DNA of 64,000 bases from positions 76,802-140,801 of the forward strand of contig JBGAJQ010000006.1 of assembly GCA_044224875.1 (NCBI GenBank). The letters run 5' to 3'. Position numbers and translations under genes: made by a program. Origin of the DNA: Gemmatimonadaceae bacterium. GTDB taxonomy: Bacteria > Gemmatimonadota > Gemmatimonadetes > Gemmatimonadales > Gemmatimonadaceae. This document shows, piece by piece, positions 1 to 9,802 of the stretch (its first letter is position 1; each line of letters begins with the position of its first letter). Under the pieces are notes generated by a model. The model saw only the letters and a list, made by a program, of their open reading frames with translations. It made no database searches and was not told the DNA's origin.

Positions 1-2
1 GC

Positions 3-533
3 GTCTTGGACCACACCGTGGTGATCGTCACGTCGGACCATGGGGAGGGGTTCGGCGAGCATGGCTTGCACGGCCACGGAAACTCGCTGTATCGACCCGA
101 ACTGCACGTCCCACTGGTGATCAGGTATCCAGGGCACGTGCCGGCCGGCGAACGGGTCACCGCCGCCGTGAGCCTCCGTGACCTGGGCGCCACGATGTTT
201 GATCTGGCGGGACTGCCGGAATGGACCCCCGGTGGGGGATCCCTGGCCAGTACCTGGTCGACGACGGGCGGCGAGAGCCCTCGCAGTCCAGTACTTTCCG
301 AGGTGACCGCCGGGGTCAACACGGATCCGTCCTTCCCGGTGACCCGCGGTGCCATGCGTTCACTGATCGACAGCGCGTCTCACTACATTCGGAACGGGGA
401 CGCGGTCGAGGAGTTGTATGACTACCGCGTGGATTCGGCGGAAGAACGGAATTTGTCGCGCCAGGACACACTGCGAGTGGGCACCTTACGTGCCGCCGCG
501 GTTCGCGCGGCAGGCCTCACCAAGCAACGTTAG
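3..533 (+). CDS. Sulfatase / alkaline-phosphatase-superfamily protein, C-terminal part (5' end lies outside the window)
   Basis: Motifs VIVTSDHGEGFGEHG, HGNSLY, HVPLVIRYP and ELYD...E.RNL are typical of sulfatase C-termini; the frame is open to the window edge. Confidence 0.85.
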   Translation, partial: VLDHTVVIVTSDHGEGFGEHGLHGHGNSLYRPELHVPLVIRYPGHVPAGERVTAAVSLRDLGATMFDLAGLPEWTPGGGSLASTWSTTGGESPRSPVLSEVTAGVNTDPSFPVTRGAMRSLIDSASHYIRNGDAVEELYDYRVDSAEERNLSRQDTLRVGTLRAAAVRAAGLTKQR

Positions 534-535
534 GC

Positions 536-2443
536 TTACGGCGTTGGCGCGTCGGTACGTCCTCGCTGCGCGGACTGCCGACAGGTTGACTCGCGGCTGG
601 ACGGCGCAACTGCAGGCAAGGTGCCACGGGTACACCGCCAGAAGTCGAGGAAGGGGATCCATGGATTGGGGAACCATTCGGGTTCCCATGCGCCCTCCAA
701 CCGGAAGCCGTCGCCGACGCGTCCCGGGGTACGGAGCGCCAAACGCGCGGTGGGGTGTGGCGTACACAGGAGGGGCCCGTTCCAGCAGCTGTTGTCAACA
801 CGGGGGACCGCCAGTTGCAACCCCGTTGGCAGGGAGTCCGATAAGAGGTCGGGCTCCGGTGTGGGCCAGAACCAACCCGATGGCGACGGCACGGCGGCCA
901 GGGTATTCGCTACCGTGGACAGGCGCTCGGCTGGACTGGCGCGCACGATGGTGCCAATCGTCATGCGCGCCGCAAGCACGAAGGTCAACAGGGCGGTCGA
1001 CAACCACAACCGGCGCCGTTGACGAGTGGTGAGCATCGCCGTGCTCCCAACCGCGATTGCCGACAGAGCGCTCGCCAATACCCAGAAGGGACCTTGGGCC
1101 ATGCGCGTGTGCGGCGCGGAGAACCACCACACCACGAGCGATGCGCCAACCGGAACCGACACCAAGAGCCCCCGCCACCATGGCGACCGGGCCTGGCGAC
1201 GCGTAAAGAACAGCCACAAACCGGCGAGTAAAGTCACCAGCACCGGGGCCAGGAAATGATGAAACAGGTCGCCGCGGGTGAGGACCTGACCCAACCACCG
1301 CGACTGCCACTCGTGCGAGAGCACAAGAGTGTTGGTGTTCAGGTTCCTTGCGCTCATGGTGATCCACCCGGATTCGGCCGCGGCCTGTTCAGCGTTCACG
1401 CGCCAGTCGACCGGAAGCGCGATCAGCCGCGACGGATAGAGCGGATAGCCAGAGAGGACGGCGCCGTGCGCCATCCACACGACCCCCGTCAGTAGGGGCA
1501 GGGCCAGAAGACGTGGCAGGTCGGCCGCCCGCCAGGTGCGATCCCCGATCAGCATCACCACGGCCGCTGTAGCGGCGAATGGCGCGGCCGAAAGCTTGAC
1601 CGCGACAACGGCTCCCAGCAAGGCAAAAATCCGGACTCGTCTCGCGCGGTGTCGGACGCTATACCTCTCCCCACCCTCGGCGAACAGCTCGAACATCATG
1701 CCGCCTGCCATGGCCAGCAGCACAAATGTCGGCAAGTCCGTCGAAAGAGAGCGAACGTCCTGACGCAACGCGGTCACCAGTAACGCGGGCATCATCGTCA
1801 GCTCGAAAGCGTCGCGCGCCGTCAATGGCCGGGGGCTGCGTATCGTCGATATGCGCCAAGCCGCTGGCACCGCGAAGAGCGCCACGAGAAAGCCGTTCGT
1901 CACGTGCTGCGACGCGTCCGTCCACGGCCCCCGGTCGAGCAAGGCGGCAAAGAGTAACGAGGCCGGATTGAACGCCAGGCGTCCGTGCAAGTTGCCAAGT
2001 CCTGGCACGACGCTGTGCGCCTTCGCCCACGATACGAACGGGACGTGATACATGCCGCTGTCGTACAGCGTCATCTCTCCCATCCCTCTCATCGCGATCC
2101 ACGTCGCGACGACCAACGCGATCGTTACAGCGCCTGCCGAGCGAGCCTGTCCCATCAGCGCGTCGCGGAGCAGCCGCCAGTGGACGAGGCTGAGCATTAA
2201 GCCGCCGCCAAGTACCGCCACCGCGACCAGGCTGTTGACCGGGAGGAACAGATGCCACGTCAGCAGTAGGAGGAGAACCACCGCGAATCCCAACCACGGT
2301 GCATCACGCAGGTCGCCGGTGGACTGTGGCCCTCCGAGGAGTATGCGCTGCGTACCTAGCCCCAGTCCGCACAGGGCGGATCCAAGCAGGGCCCATGTGA
2401 CGAGGACCTGCAGGAGTGCGGCTATCAGCCGAATGCCGATCAC
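536..2443 (-). CDS. Multi-pass membrane protein, LIC_10190-like / GT-C-like
   Basis: 635 aa with many TM segments; loop motif YDSGMYHVPFVSW...VPGLGNLHGRLAFN. Confidence 0.7.
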   Translation of the reverse strand: MIGIRLIAALLQVLVTWALLGSALCGLGLGTQRILLGGPQSTGDLRDAPWLGFAVVLLLLLTWHLFLPVNSLVAVAVLGGGLMLSLVHWRLLRDALMGQARSAGAVTIALVVATWIAMRGMGEMTLYDSGMYHVPFVSWAKAHSVVPGLGNLHGRLAFNPASLLFAALLDRGPWTDASQHVTNGFLVALFAVPAAWRISTIRSPRPLTARDAFELTMMPALLVTALRQDVRSLSTDLPTFVLLAMAGGMMFELFAEGGERYSVRHRARRVRIFALLGAVVAVKLSAAPFAATAAVVMLIGDRTWRAADLPRLLALPLLTGVVWMAHGAVLSGYPLYPSRLIALPVDWRVNAEQAAAESGWITMSARNLNTNTLVLSHEWQSRWLGQVLTRGDLFHHFLAPVLVTLLAGLWLFFTRRQARSPWWRGLLVSVPVGASLVVWWFSAPHTRMAQGPFWVLASALSAIAVGSTAMLTTRQRRRLWLSTALLTFVLAARMTIGTIVRASPAERLSTVANTLAAVPSPSGWFWPTPEPDLLSDSLPTGLQLAVPRVDNSCWNGPLLCTPHPTARLALRTPGRVGDGFRLEGAWEPEWFPNPWIPFLDFWRCTRGTLPAVAPSSRESTCRQSAQRGRTDAPTP

Positions 2444-2720
2444 CGGGATGCCACGCTCACGAGGGCTCGACCCGACGACGCTGGTGAGCCGCTAGGTGTA
2501 GCGATTGGGCTCGTGGGGGCCGCCGTGACCACTGGATTCGGGCCTTTCGTTCGGCGCGGGGCGCGACGTCGAGTCATGTTACCGAGGTGGGCAATGGCCA
2601 GTCAGCGCCGAAACGGAAGCCTGTAGCTTTACTGCAGTTACGCGCTTAGGCAAGTTTGAATCCCAAGGACGGAATGGCCCATCTCCTGCAGAATTGGTCC
2701 GGCTGCCCTTGAACCGCTGA

Positions 2721-4412
2721 ATGACCTCGTCTCCATCTGATTCCCACCGAGAAACCGCCTCAGGGACCCCTTGGCGAACGCCCGGGGCGTCCGGGGCACC
2801 CGTCGGATGGTCTCAGCTCTGGCGACAGGTCCCCCGGTGGGTGTGGTTGACTGCCATGGTGGCCAGCCTGATGCACATGATGCCCTACTGGCATGCCCAG
2901 GCGACGACGAAGCAGGGTTGGGAGTTCTCGGGCAACCTGACCGTCTCGCCGGACTACATGCAGTACCGGGTGTGGGAGCGCCAAAGCGCGCGCGAAGGGC
3001 CGGTCATCACGAACCGCTTCACGACGGAGCCGAATTCCCGCCACCTGCCGGTTTTCTTCTATTGGGCAATCGGTGAGACCGCGCAGGCCACTGGGGTTAA
3101 GCCAGAGGCCGTCTACGCGTATAGTGGCGCGCTCTTCGCGTTCGTGCTGGTTGTACTGCTGTTCGGCGTGCTGCGCGTGTTCCTCCCCGACCCGGCGCAC
3201 CAGCGTTGGCCGTTCCTGGCGCTGGTGTTTGGCGGTGGATTGGGTGGGCACCTCAAGATGTTGCAGCTGACGCCCGGGATTGGCACCAGTGCCCTCGTGC
3301 AACGGCTGGTCACCCAGCCGCTCGACGACTGGCCGGTCTTCGAGGAATATCGGTCGCACTATGTCGTGCGTACGCTGTTCGACTCGCACTTCCTGCTTCT
3401 TTGGATTGCCTGCATCGCGGCGGTGTTCGCCTTGTACTTGGCGGTTCGCGAGTGGACACCAGCGCGTGGTGCCGCGGTGTGCGCCTGGTTTGCGGCGGTG
3501 ACCATGCTGCACGTCTACGAGGGGTTGACCCTGGTGGCGATCGGGATAGGTGTCGCCGCGACGCTCTGGGACCGCGACGTCGAGGGGCGGAATGCACGAC
3601 GCGCGGCAGTTACCACGACCGTATGTGTCGGCCTCTGCTACCTCGCGTTAGGCCTGCTGTATCGTCGATCGGGGTTGCCGCTGCCGGAGTGGCGTGCGGT
3701 GAATATCCTGGCGTCGACCTTGCTCATCGCGTACCCGGTGTGCTGGGGTCTCCTGGCGTTCGGCGGGGCTCGATACTTTCGGCAGGGCGGAGTGCCGGCC
3801 CGCTTCATTATCGGTTGGGCCGCGGCGTGCACCGTGGTCACGTTATCTGGGCCCTTCTATCCATACCCGGATCGCGGGACGATCACCATGCAGGTACCGC
3901 TGATGATCGCGGCGGGCGCCATCTACTTCACGCACTGGCCGCGACTGACGCGAATGGGAGCGCTGGTGGCGCTGGCGTTTTTCGCGCCGACGACCGTGTG
4001 GCAGCTGTCGAGGTCGTGGCACTTCAGCGGCTTCCGCACCGATGCTCCGTTCATGCACCTCAGTCCGGCGCACCGGCAGTCATTGGCGGCGCTTGGTCGG
4101 GAGGCCGACACCAGCGACGTGCTGCTCGCCGAGCCACGTGATCTCTTGTGGCTGGCGCCGACGTTCCCCGGCCGGTTGTACGTGGGGCACTTCTTCCTCA
4201 CCGTCGACTACAAGGCGAAGAACGAGGCGCTGACGCGCGCCTTGCAGGCACCCGACTCGATGACGGCATTGCTCGGTCGGTCGGGGACATCACTGCTGTT
4301 CGTCCATGGTGACCGGGAGCCCTCGCGCTGGGCGTCGCAGCAGGGGTTGCGCGCGATCGACACGAGTGAGGTCGGGACGTTGTACCGAGTGGAGGCCCAT
4401 GTCCGGCCTTGA
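2721..4412 (+). CDS. Multi-pass membrane protein, putative GT-C-fold glycosyltransferase
   Basis: 563 aa; acidic loop after TM1 (SPDYMQY), many TM helices and a soluble C-terminal domain; first gene of an overlapping operon. Confidence 0.65.
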   Translation: MTSSPSDSHRETASGTPWRTPGASGAPVGWSQLWRQVPRWVWLTAMVASLMHMMPYWHAQATTKQGWEFSGNLTVSPDYMQYRVWERQSAREGPVITNRFTTEPNSRHLPVFFYWAIGETAQATGVKPEAVYAYSGALFAFVLVVLLFGVLRVFLPDPAHQRWPFLALVFGGGLGGHLKMLQLTPGIGTSALVQRLVTQPLDDWPVFEEYRSHYVVRTLFDSHFLLLWIACIAAVFALYLAVREWTPARGAAVCAWFAAVTMLHVYEGLTLVAIGIGVAATLWDRDVEGRNARRAAVTTTVCVGLCYLALGLLYRRSGLPLPEWRAVNILASTLLIAYPVCWGLLAFGGARYFRQGGVPARFIIGWAAACTVVTLSGPFYPYPDRGTITMQVPLMIAAGAIYFTHWPRLTRMGALVALAFFAPTTVWQLSRSWHFSGFRTDAPFMHLSPAHRQSLAALGREADTSDVLLAEPRDLLWLAPTFPGRLYVGHFFLTVDYKAKNEALTRALQAPDSMTALLGRSGTSLLFVHGDREPSRWASQQGLRAIDTSEVGTLYRVEAHVRP

Positions 4413-6069
4413 TCAGTCGACGCGCCGGACCGCCACGCCTCGCGAGTTGTGGCTGGTGACGGCGCTGACCGCGGTGGCCTTTGGGATGCGCGTCTGGCAG
4501 CTACAGCACGCCGGTCTCTCGCAGTTTGATGAGGGTGTGTACGTCTTCAGCGGCCTCGGGCTGGTGGATCCGTCCCAGCCGCACCGCTTGTTCCCGGATC
4601 AGCAGAAATTCTCACCGCCGGTCTACTTCTCCCTCGTCGCGCTATCGTACCTGCTGGGTGGCATATCGGACCGATCGGCGATCTTCGTGAATGTGGTGCT
4701 GGGCACACTGACCGTCCCTGCGCTCTGGTGCGTTGCTCGACAGTGGGTCGGTGGTCCGGCGGCCGTGGCCGCGGCCGCGATGTTAGCGGTGGCGGGAAAT
4801 CACGTCGAACTCTCGCGCGTGGCGCTCACCGACGTCACCTTCGCACTGGTCTTCCTCTTGGCCCTTGGCGCCGTGCGCTGGGCGCTCGACGCGACGCGAA
4901 CCGCCAGCTCAATCGCGGCCGGCCTCGTCGTGGGCTTGGCATGGAACACGAAGTACCACGGATGGTTCGCCTTGGTGCTCGGGGCGATGGTCATCGCCGC
5001 ACGCTGGCGTGTCGAGGGTGAGCCCTTGGCCGCACTGCGACAGCGCATCAAGAGCTGGCTGATCATGTCCGCGGTCGCGTTGCTCTGCTATCTCCCGTGG
5101 ACGCTGTTCATTCAAGGACAGTCAGGCGCAACGGCAGGATGGGCCGCCTACTTTGCGACCATGCTGCGGATCAACTGGATCGGCAACCTGGTCATCCATG
5201 CCCAGCGTCTGTGGATGCTGGAGAGCCCGTGGTCACGCGCTTCGGTCGGCGCGGCGTTGCTGCTCGTCGCGCTCGTGCGCACGGCACGCCCTCGTCTCTC
5301 GAGGCGCGCGCTGTTCCTCGCTGTCCTTGGTGCAATCCTCGGCGCCGCCGGGACTGCGGTGGGGTTGTCGATCTGGGTAGCGTGGCGTGAGTGGCGGTCC
5401 CGACCAAGTACCGGCGTGTGGCTGGCGATAGCCGTCGTGGTCCTTTGGATCGTGATGGCGCCCTTGTATCAGCCATACTTTCGTCTGCTACTCCCGTTCT
5501 CCATTGCGACGTTCATCCTGACGGGGCGGGCCATGGAATGGCTGGCTGTGGAGGATGCGGGCACCCATGCCGCGCCTCGATGGGCGGTGCCGGCGGTGCT
5601 GGCTGGCAGCTTGGCCATCGCGATGGCGATGCCGAGTCGGTCTTCTGCATGGCGTTCGGCGCGAGGTCTGGCTGAGGCGGCGGAAACCATTGACACGTTG
5701 GTCCCCCGCGGCGCGCCGGTGGCCGTGATCGGCGAGCCACCGCTCGCGTTCTATCTCCATCAGCGCGGCCATCCGTCGTTCGACCGGACGGTGCTACCCG
5801 ATCTGGATCGCGCCACGACGCCGATGTATGTGGTAACGGGTCATTATGCACGCCGCGCCCCGAGCTTGCGCGATGGACTGGCTGAGCGCCGAGTCGCCAT
5901 TGAGCCGATTGGCCGCATTCCCGTCGATCCCACCGACCTTCGGCTATTCGATGACTACAGCCCCGGCGGCGCCGTAGCCTATCGCCAGCACCCGGACACC
6001 ATGTACGACCTCGTGCTGTTCCGCTTCGATCCTTCAAAACGCCATCCGGCCAAGGCTCCCCTCCCGTGA
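4399..6069 (+). CDS. ArnT/PMT-like (GT83/GT39) glycosyltransferase
   Basis: FDEGVY after TM1, PPVYF, TDV, GLAWNTKYHG motifs; ATG at 4399 follows GGAGG. Confidence 0.8.
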   Translation: MSGLDQSTRRTATPRELWLVTALTAVAFGMRVWQLQHAGLSQFDEGVYVFSGLGLVDPSQPHRLFPDQQKFSPPVYFSLVALSYLLGGISDRSAIFVNVVLGTLTVPALWCVARQWVGGPAAVAAAAMLAVAGNHVELSRVALTDVTFALVFLLALGAVRWALDATRTASSIAAGLVVGLAWNTKYHGWFALVLGAMVIAARWRVEGEPLAALRQRIKSWLIMSAVALLCYLPWTLFIQGQSGATAGWAAYFATMLRINWIGNLVIHAQRLWMLESPWSRASVGAALLLVALVRTARPRLSRRALFLAVLGAILGAAGTAVGLSIWVAWREWRSRPSTGVWLAIAVVVLWIVMAPLYQPYFRLLLPFSIATFILTGRAMEWLAVEDAGTHAAPRWAVPAVLAGSLAIAMAMPSRSSAWRSARGLAEAAETIDTLVPRGAPVAVIGEPPLAFYLHQRGHPSFDRTVLPDLDRATTPMYVVTGHYARRAPSLRDGLAERRVAIEPIGRIPVDPTDLRLFDDYSPGGAVAYRQHPDTMYDLVLFRFDPSKRHPAKAPLP

Positions 6070-8105
6070 ACGACGCGGTCGATCTCCTGCGGTGGAGGCG
6101 TTGGCTGGTCCTGCTCTTCGCGGCAGGCGTCGTCGGTGTGCCCGCTGACCATCTGGTCGGGCGCGCCGCCGGGATGACCGCGCTGGCCAACGGGCCGTCG
6201 CCGTACTTCGTGGCGGGGCACGCATTGACGTTGTACCTGCTCGTTCCGTTGGCGGTGCTTTCGAGCCTCGTGCTGTACCTGCTACCCGGGTTGATGCTGG
6301 CGGTCGTGGCCGGCTGGGCGACGTCGATGACAGCATGGACGGTCACGGGCATGTTGCTGTCCCTGGTGGTGGTGAGCGTGACGGGCGGCGTCGCGACGGC
6401 GGTGGCCGGTGGGCCCGTCGAGGGAATCGCCAGTGTGGCGGTGACGCTCGGCGTTGCGGCGGTGTGTGCGGCCCTGGCTGACCGACAGGTGCACAGCGGC
6501 CGGCGGCGGGCGCCCGCGTGCGACGCCGACGAGCGCTGGACGATCGTCTTGATGGTGTTGTTGCCGCTGATCACCTACTGGCTGATGTCACCGAAGTTCC
6601 TGTGGGAGACGCTGAACGGTGATGGTGTGCACGCGTTCGAGTCCTCGCGGCGTTTGGTACGCCACGCGTTCCCGTTTTGGCCTGTGTCGGCGGGACCCGT
6701 GTCGCACTTTCCCGGCATGACATCGATGTTGTTCGCCTTTCCGAACGCGTACTTCTTCCGCCTGTTCGGAGAAATCGACGCCGCAGCGCGCCTGCCGTTC
6801 CTGTTGTACCTCCCCGTGCTTTTTTCCGGGCTGTTGGCGTTGGGAAGCCGTGATGGTCGCCGAGTACCGCCGCTCACTCAGGCCGCGGTGGCGGTGGGCT
6901 TGCTCGCCTACGCCTACGCGATGGCCTACTCCGCGACCTACAATCCGTACAGCGCCGACATCGCGTTGCCAGCCACGCAAGACACCCTGCTCATGGTCTG
7001 CTTTGTGGCGGCGGCCGGGGCATACTGGCGCCGTGACTGGGGCATGTTGTGGCTGTCGGCTGGGCTCACGTACCTGTCACTCCCCAGCGGCCTGATGCTG
7101 ATGGGTTTCTTGCTGGTCGCTGACCTATTGGTGACCCGCCCCGTGCCGTGGCGCCAAGGCGTGCGCTTGGCGACGACGATTCTCGGGTGCGCGATTGGCG
7201 CGGCGATCCTTGCGCGTGCGGTCGTGCTCATGGGGTCGCCCGCACCGGGCCGAGAGTACGGGACGCTCGGCATCCTCCGCTACTTTGCCTTCTTGCAGTT
7301 CACGGACTGGACGCGACTGGCGCTGGTTGTTGTGCCTGCCGGCATCCTGCCCTACATCATGATGTTTCGATGGCCGGTCCTGGACCGTGCGTCGCGCGCC
7401 CTGATGCTGGTGACCGTGGCGTACTTTCTCTTCTTCTACGTCCAAGCCAACATCTCGGTGCACCACTTCGTTCCGGCCATGCTGCTCCCCGTACCGATGG
7501 CGTTGCGGGCCATGACGCGCGAGCCGCGCGCGGTCTCGCGCTGGTCGCTCGCCTGGTTGGGCGCCGCAGCGGCGTCGGTACTGTTCTCATTGCCCCGTAC
7601 ATTTGCCGTCGAAACGGACGGACGGGCCGTCGGTCGCGCGGTGAGTGTGAACACGGGAGACTACGCCAAGTCGGACGCCGCCGTCTTTGCGTCCTCATTT
7701 CTGCTGAACCGACTCTTCCCGTACGACTGGGATCCGCTCGTGCCATTCGCTGCGTATGGCGGGTCGCCACTCTCCTGGAACCGATACGCGTTGCATGGTC
7801 TGCCGTCAGACTCAACGGCGTATGCGATTGTGCCGGTAGGGGCAGCCGCACCCGCTGGCATGCGCCTTGTGGCGTCGGATTCCACCGGGATGCTGTACTT
7901 GCGCGACGAGGCCCGGTGGATGGCGGACCTTGCGCGTCGTCCGGCGACGCCGGCGGGCAGCTCGACGTACTTCGTGCCGCGATCCATCCTCTTCCGCGCC
8001 GTCCCACACCACGGGAGTCCGCCGATCGTCGACGTCGTCGCGACGTTGGAGTCCTGGGGGGTCGACGTCGATCCGATCCTTGCTCGTCTCGGAGTGAAAC
8101 GTTAG
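6066..8105 (+). CDS. Multi-pass membrane protein, putative GT-C-like
   Basis: 679 aa hydrophobic protein; GTGA overlap with the previous gene; ETLNGDGVH loop and ARLPFLL segment. Confidence 0.65.
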   Translation: MNDAVDLLRWRRWLVLLFAAGVVGVPADHLVGRAAGMTALANGPSPYFVAGHALTLYLLVPLAVLSSLVLYLLPGLMLAVVAGWATSMTAWTVTGMLLSLVVVSVTGGVATAVAGGPVEGIASVAVTLGVAAVCAALADRQVHSGRRRAPACDADERWTIVLMVLLPLITYWLMSPKFLWETLNGDGVHAFESSRRLVRHAFPFWPVSAGPVSHFPGMTSMLFAFPNAYFFRLFGEIDAAARLPFLLYLPVLFSGLLALGSRDGRRVPPLTQAAVAVGLLAYAYAMAYSATYNPYSADIALPATQDTLLMVCFVAAAGAYWRRDWGMLWLSAGLTYLSLPSGLMLMGFLLVADLLVTRPVPWRQGVRLATTILGCAIGAAILARAVVLMGSPAPGREYGTLGILRYFAFLQFTDWTRLALVVVPAGILPYIMMFRWPVLDRASRALMLVTVAYFLFFYVQANISVHHFVPAMLLPVPMALRAMTREPRAVSRWSLAWLGAAAASVLFSLPRTFAVETDGRAVGRAVSVNTGDYAKSDAAVFASSFLLNRLFPYDWDPLVPFAAYGGSPLSWNRYALHGLPSDSTAYAIVPVGAAAPAGMRLVASDSTGMLYLRDEARWMADLARRPATPAGSSTYFVPRSILFRAVPHHGSPPIVDVVATLESWGVDVDPILARLGVKR

Positions 8106-8107
8106 GC

Positions 8108-9712
8108 ATGGCGACCCGCGTACGCTCCCTCTGGGTCTTCCTGCCTCTGGCCCTCGGCGCACTGCTCGCGCTCGCGTGGGTGCGCCTTACCGGTGGCACA
8201 CCGATCCTCCGGCTGCTCGGGCAAGCTGAGTGGTCGGTCATGTTCTCGATGCTGGGCCTCACGGCGGCTTGGCTCGTCCTGCGATTCCTCCGCTGGCAGT
8301 TTCTGCTGCGTCGCGTCGGCGTGCGGCTCCCCATCCGACCAACGTTGGCCAGCTACATCGCGGCGCTTCCCGGAACGGCGACCCCGGCGTACGTCGGCGA
8401 AGTGGCTCGCGCGGTGTTCCTGCGACGACGGTTCGGCACACCGCTGCGACCACTCATCGGCATGCTGGTCATGGAGCGTCTCCTGGACGTGGCGGCGTTG
8501 GCAGTGATCGTTGCAGTTGGCGGTGGACCGACGGGCGTGCCACTGGGCGCCGCGTTCCTGGTGGCGTCTGTCGTCGGGCTGATGCTTCTGGCGTTGGTCG
8601 GACGACGTGCCGGGATCTCGCCGGAGGCCATCGCACGGTTGCGGTCGCCCGGGACACTGCTCGTCGCCCTTGGTGCGTCCCTCGTGGCGTGGGCCTTTGC
8701 CGGCTTGCTGTATGGCGTGGGTTCGGCGGCCCTCGGTGAGCGACTCCCCCTGGTGGGAGGTGCAACCGTGCTGGCGCGATCTACGCTACTTGGCGCCTTG
8801 ACGCTGGCGCCCGCCGGCGTCGGGGCCACGGGGAGCATTGCCATTGTGCAGCTGCAACAAATGGGCATGGCGCTGACATCCGCGGTGTCGCTGGTCACCC
8901 TGGTGCGCCTGACGAGCACAGGTGCCGCTTTGGCCGTCGGCACGGTCTTCTTGTGGCGAGAGTGGCAAGGGTCCCGGGCCCCGGTGGAGGAGGGGGTCGC
9001 GCACTTTGACGAAATTGCCCAGGAATACAACGCGCAGTGGTCACCGCACGTGTGGGACCTGCTGCTCGATCGCAAGCTGACGCTCATGGCGCAGGCGTTG
9101 CCGTCTCCACCAGAGCGGGCGGGTGTTGGTATTGACCTAGGATGCGGCCTGGGAATCCAGACTGCGGAAATGCGCCGGCGGGGGTTTGCGGTCATCGGCG
9201 TCGAGCCGTCCGTGGGGCTGCTCCAGCAGAAGCGCGCCGGCGGTGCCCCGGTTGTTGCTGGCGACGCCATGAAGCTGCCAGTGCAAACGGCCAGCGTGGA
9301 CTTCGTCTTCCTCATTGGCGTGTTGCACCACCTGCCAGGCCGCGATGCACAGCGCGAGGCGCTGCAGGAAATCGCGCGGATCCTGAGGCCGGGTGGGACG
9401 CTCCTTGTTCACGAGAGCAACCCACGGAATCCACTCTTTCGATTCTACATGGGGTATTTGTTCCCGATTCTGAAGAGTATTGATGAGGGCACGGAATGGT
9501 GGATCGATCCACGCAGCTGGCGATCGGCAGCGGGCTTCGACCTGGATGTTGTGAGATACTTCACGTTTCTCCCGGACTTCACGCCACGTTTCATGATGGG
9601 CCCGGCCATGGCAGTGGAGCGCTGGCTGGAACGCGGTCCGACGAGAGGGTATTCTGCCCACTACCTCGCCGTGTTGCGTCGGGGCAACGGGCCCGTTCAG
9701 GGGTCCAAGTAG
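8108..9712 (+). CDS. Fusion of a lysylphosphatidylglycerol-synthase-TM (YbhN/flippase-like) domain and a class I SAM methyltransferase
   Basis: N-terminal RFLRWQFLL, TPAYVGEVAR, ERLLD, PAGVG motifs; C-terminal IDLGCGLG, GDAMKLP, VLHHL, LRPGG motifs; ATG 2 nt after the previous stop. Confidence 0.8.
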   Translation: MATRVRSLWVFLPLALGALLALAWVRLTGGTPILRLLGQAEWSVMFSMLGLTAAWLVLRFLRWQFLLRRVGVRLPIRPTLASYIAALPGTATPAYVGEVARAVFLRRRFGTPLRPLIGMLVMERLLDVAALAVIVAVGGGPTGVPLGAAFLVASVVGLMLLALVGRRAGISPEAIARLRSPGTLLVALGASLVAWAFAGLLYGVGSAALGERLPLVGGATVLARSTLLGALTLAPAGVGATGSIAIVQLQQMGMALTSAVSLVTLVRLTSTGAALAVGTVFLWREWQGSRAPVEEGVAHFDEIAQEYNAQWSPHVWDLLLDRKLTLMAQALPSPPERAGVGIDLGCGLGIQTAEMRRRGFAVIGVEPSVGLLQQKRAGGAPVVAGDAMKLPVQTASVDFVFLIGVLHHLPGRDAQREALQEIARILRPGGTLLVHESNPRNPLFRFYMGYLFPILKSIDEGTEWWIDPRSWRSAAGFDLDVVRYFTFLPDFTPRFMMGPAMAVERWLERGPTRGYSAHYLAVLRRGNGPVQGSK

Positions 9713-9802
9713 TCGTGCCCGAGGCGATATGAGCTCCCGGCCGATGTCGCTTCCTCGCGCAGCGGGGCAACCTCGGGGCGAACCAGGCCTTTGGAGGATG
9801 AC

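Noticed and set aside
7148..8107. 320-aa N-terminal extension of the 854-aa track ORF
   Set aside because: Shadow frame over the 6066-8105 gene; the real start is the ATG at 8108
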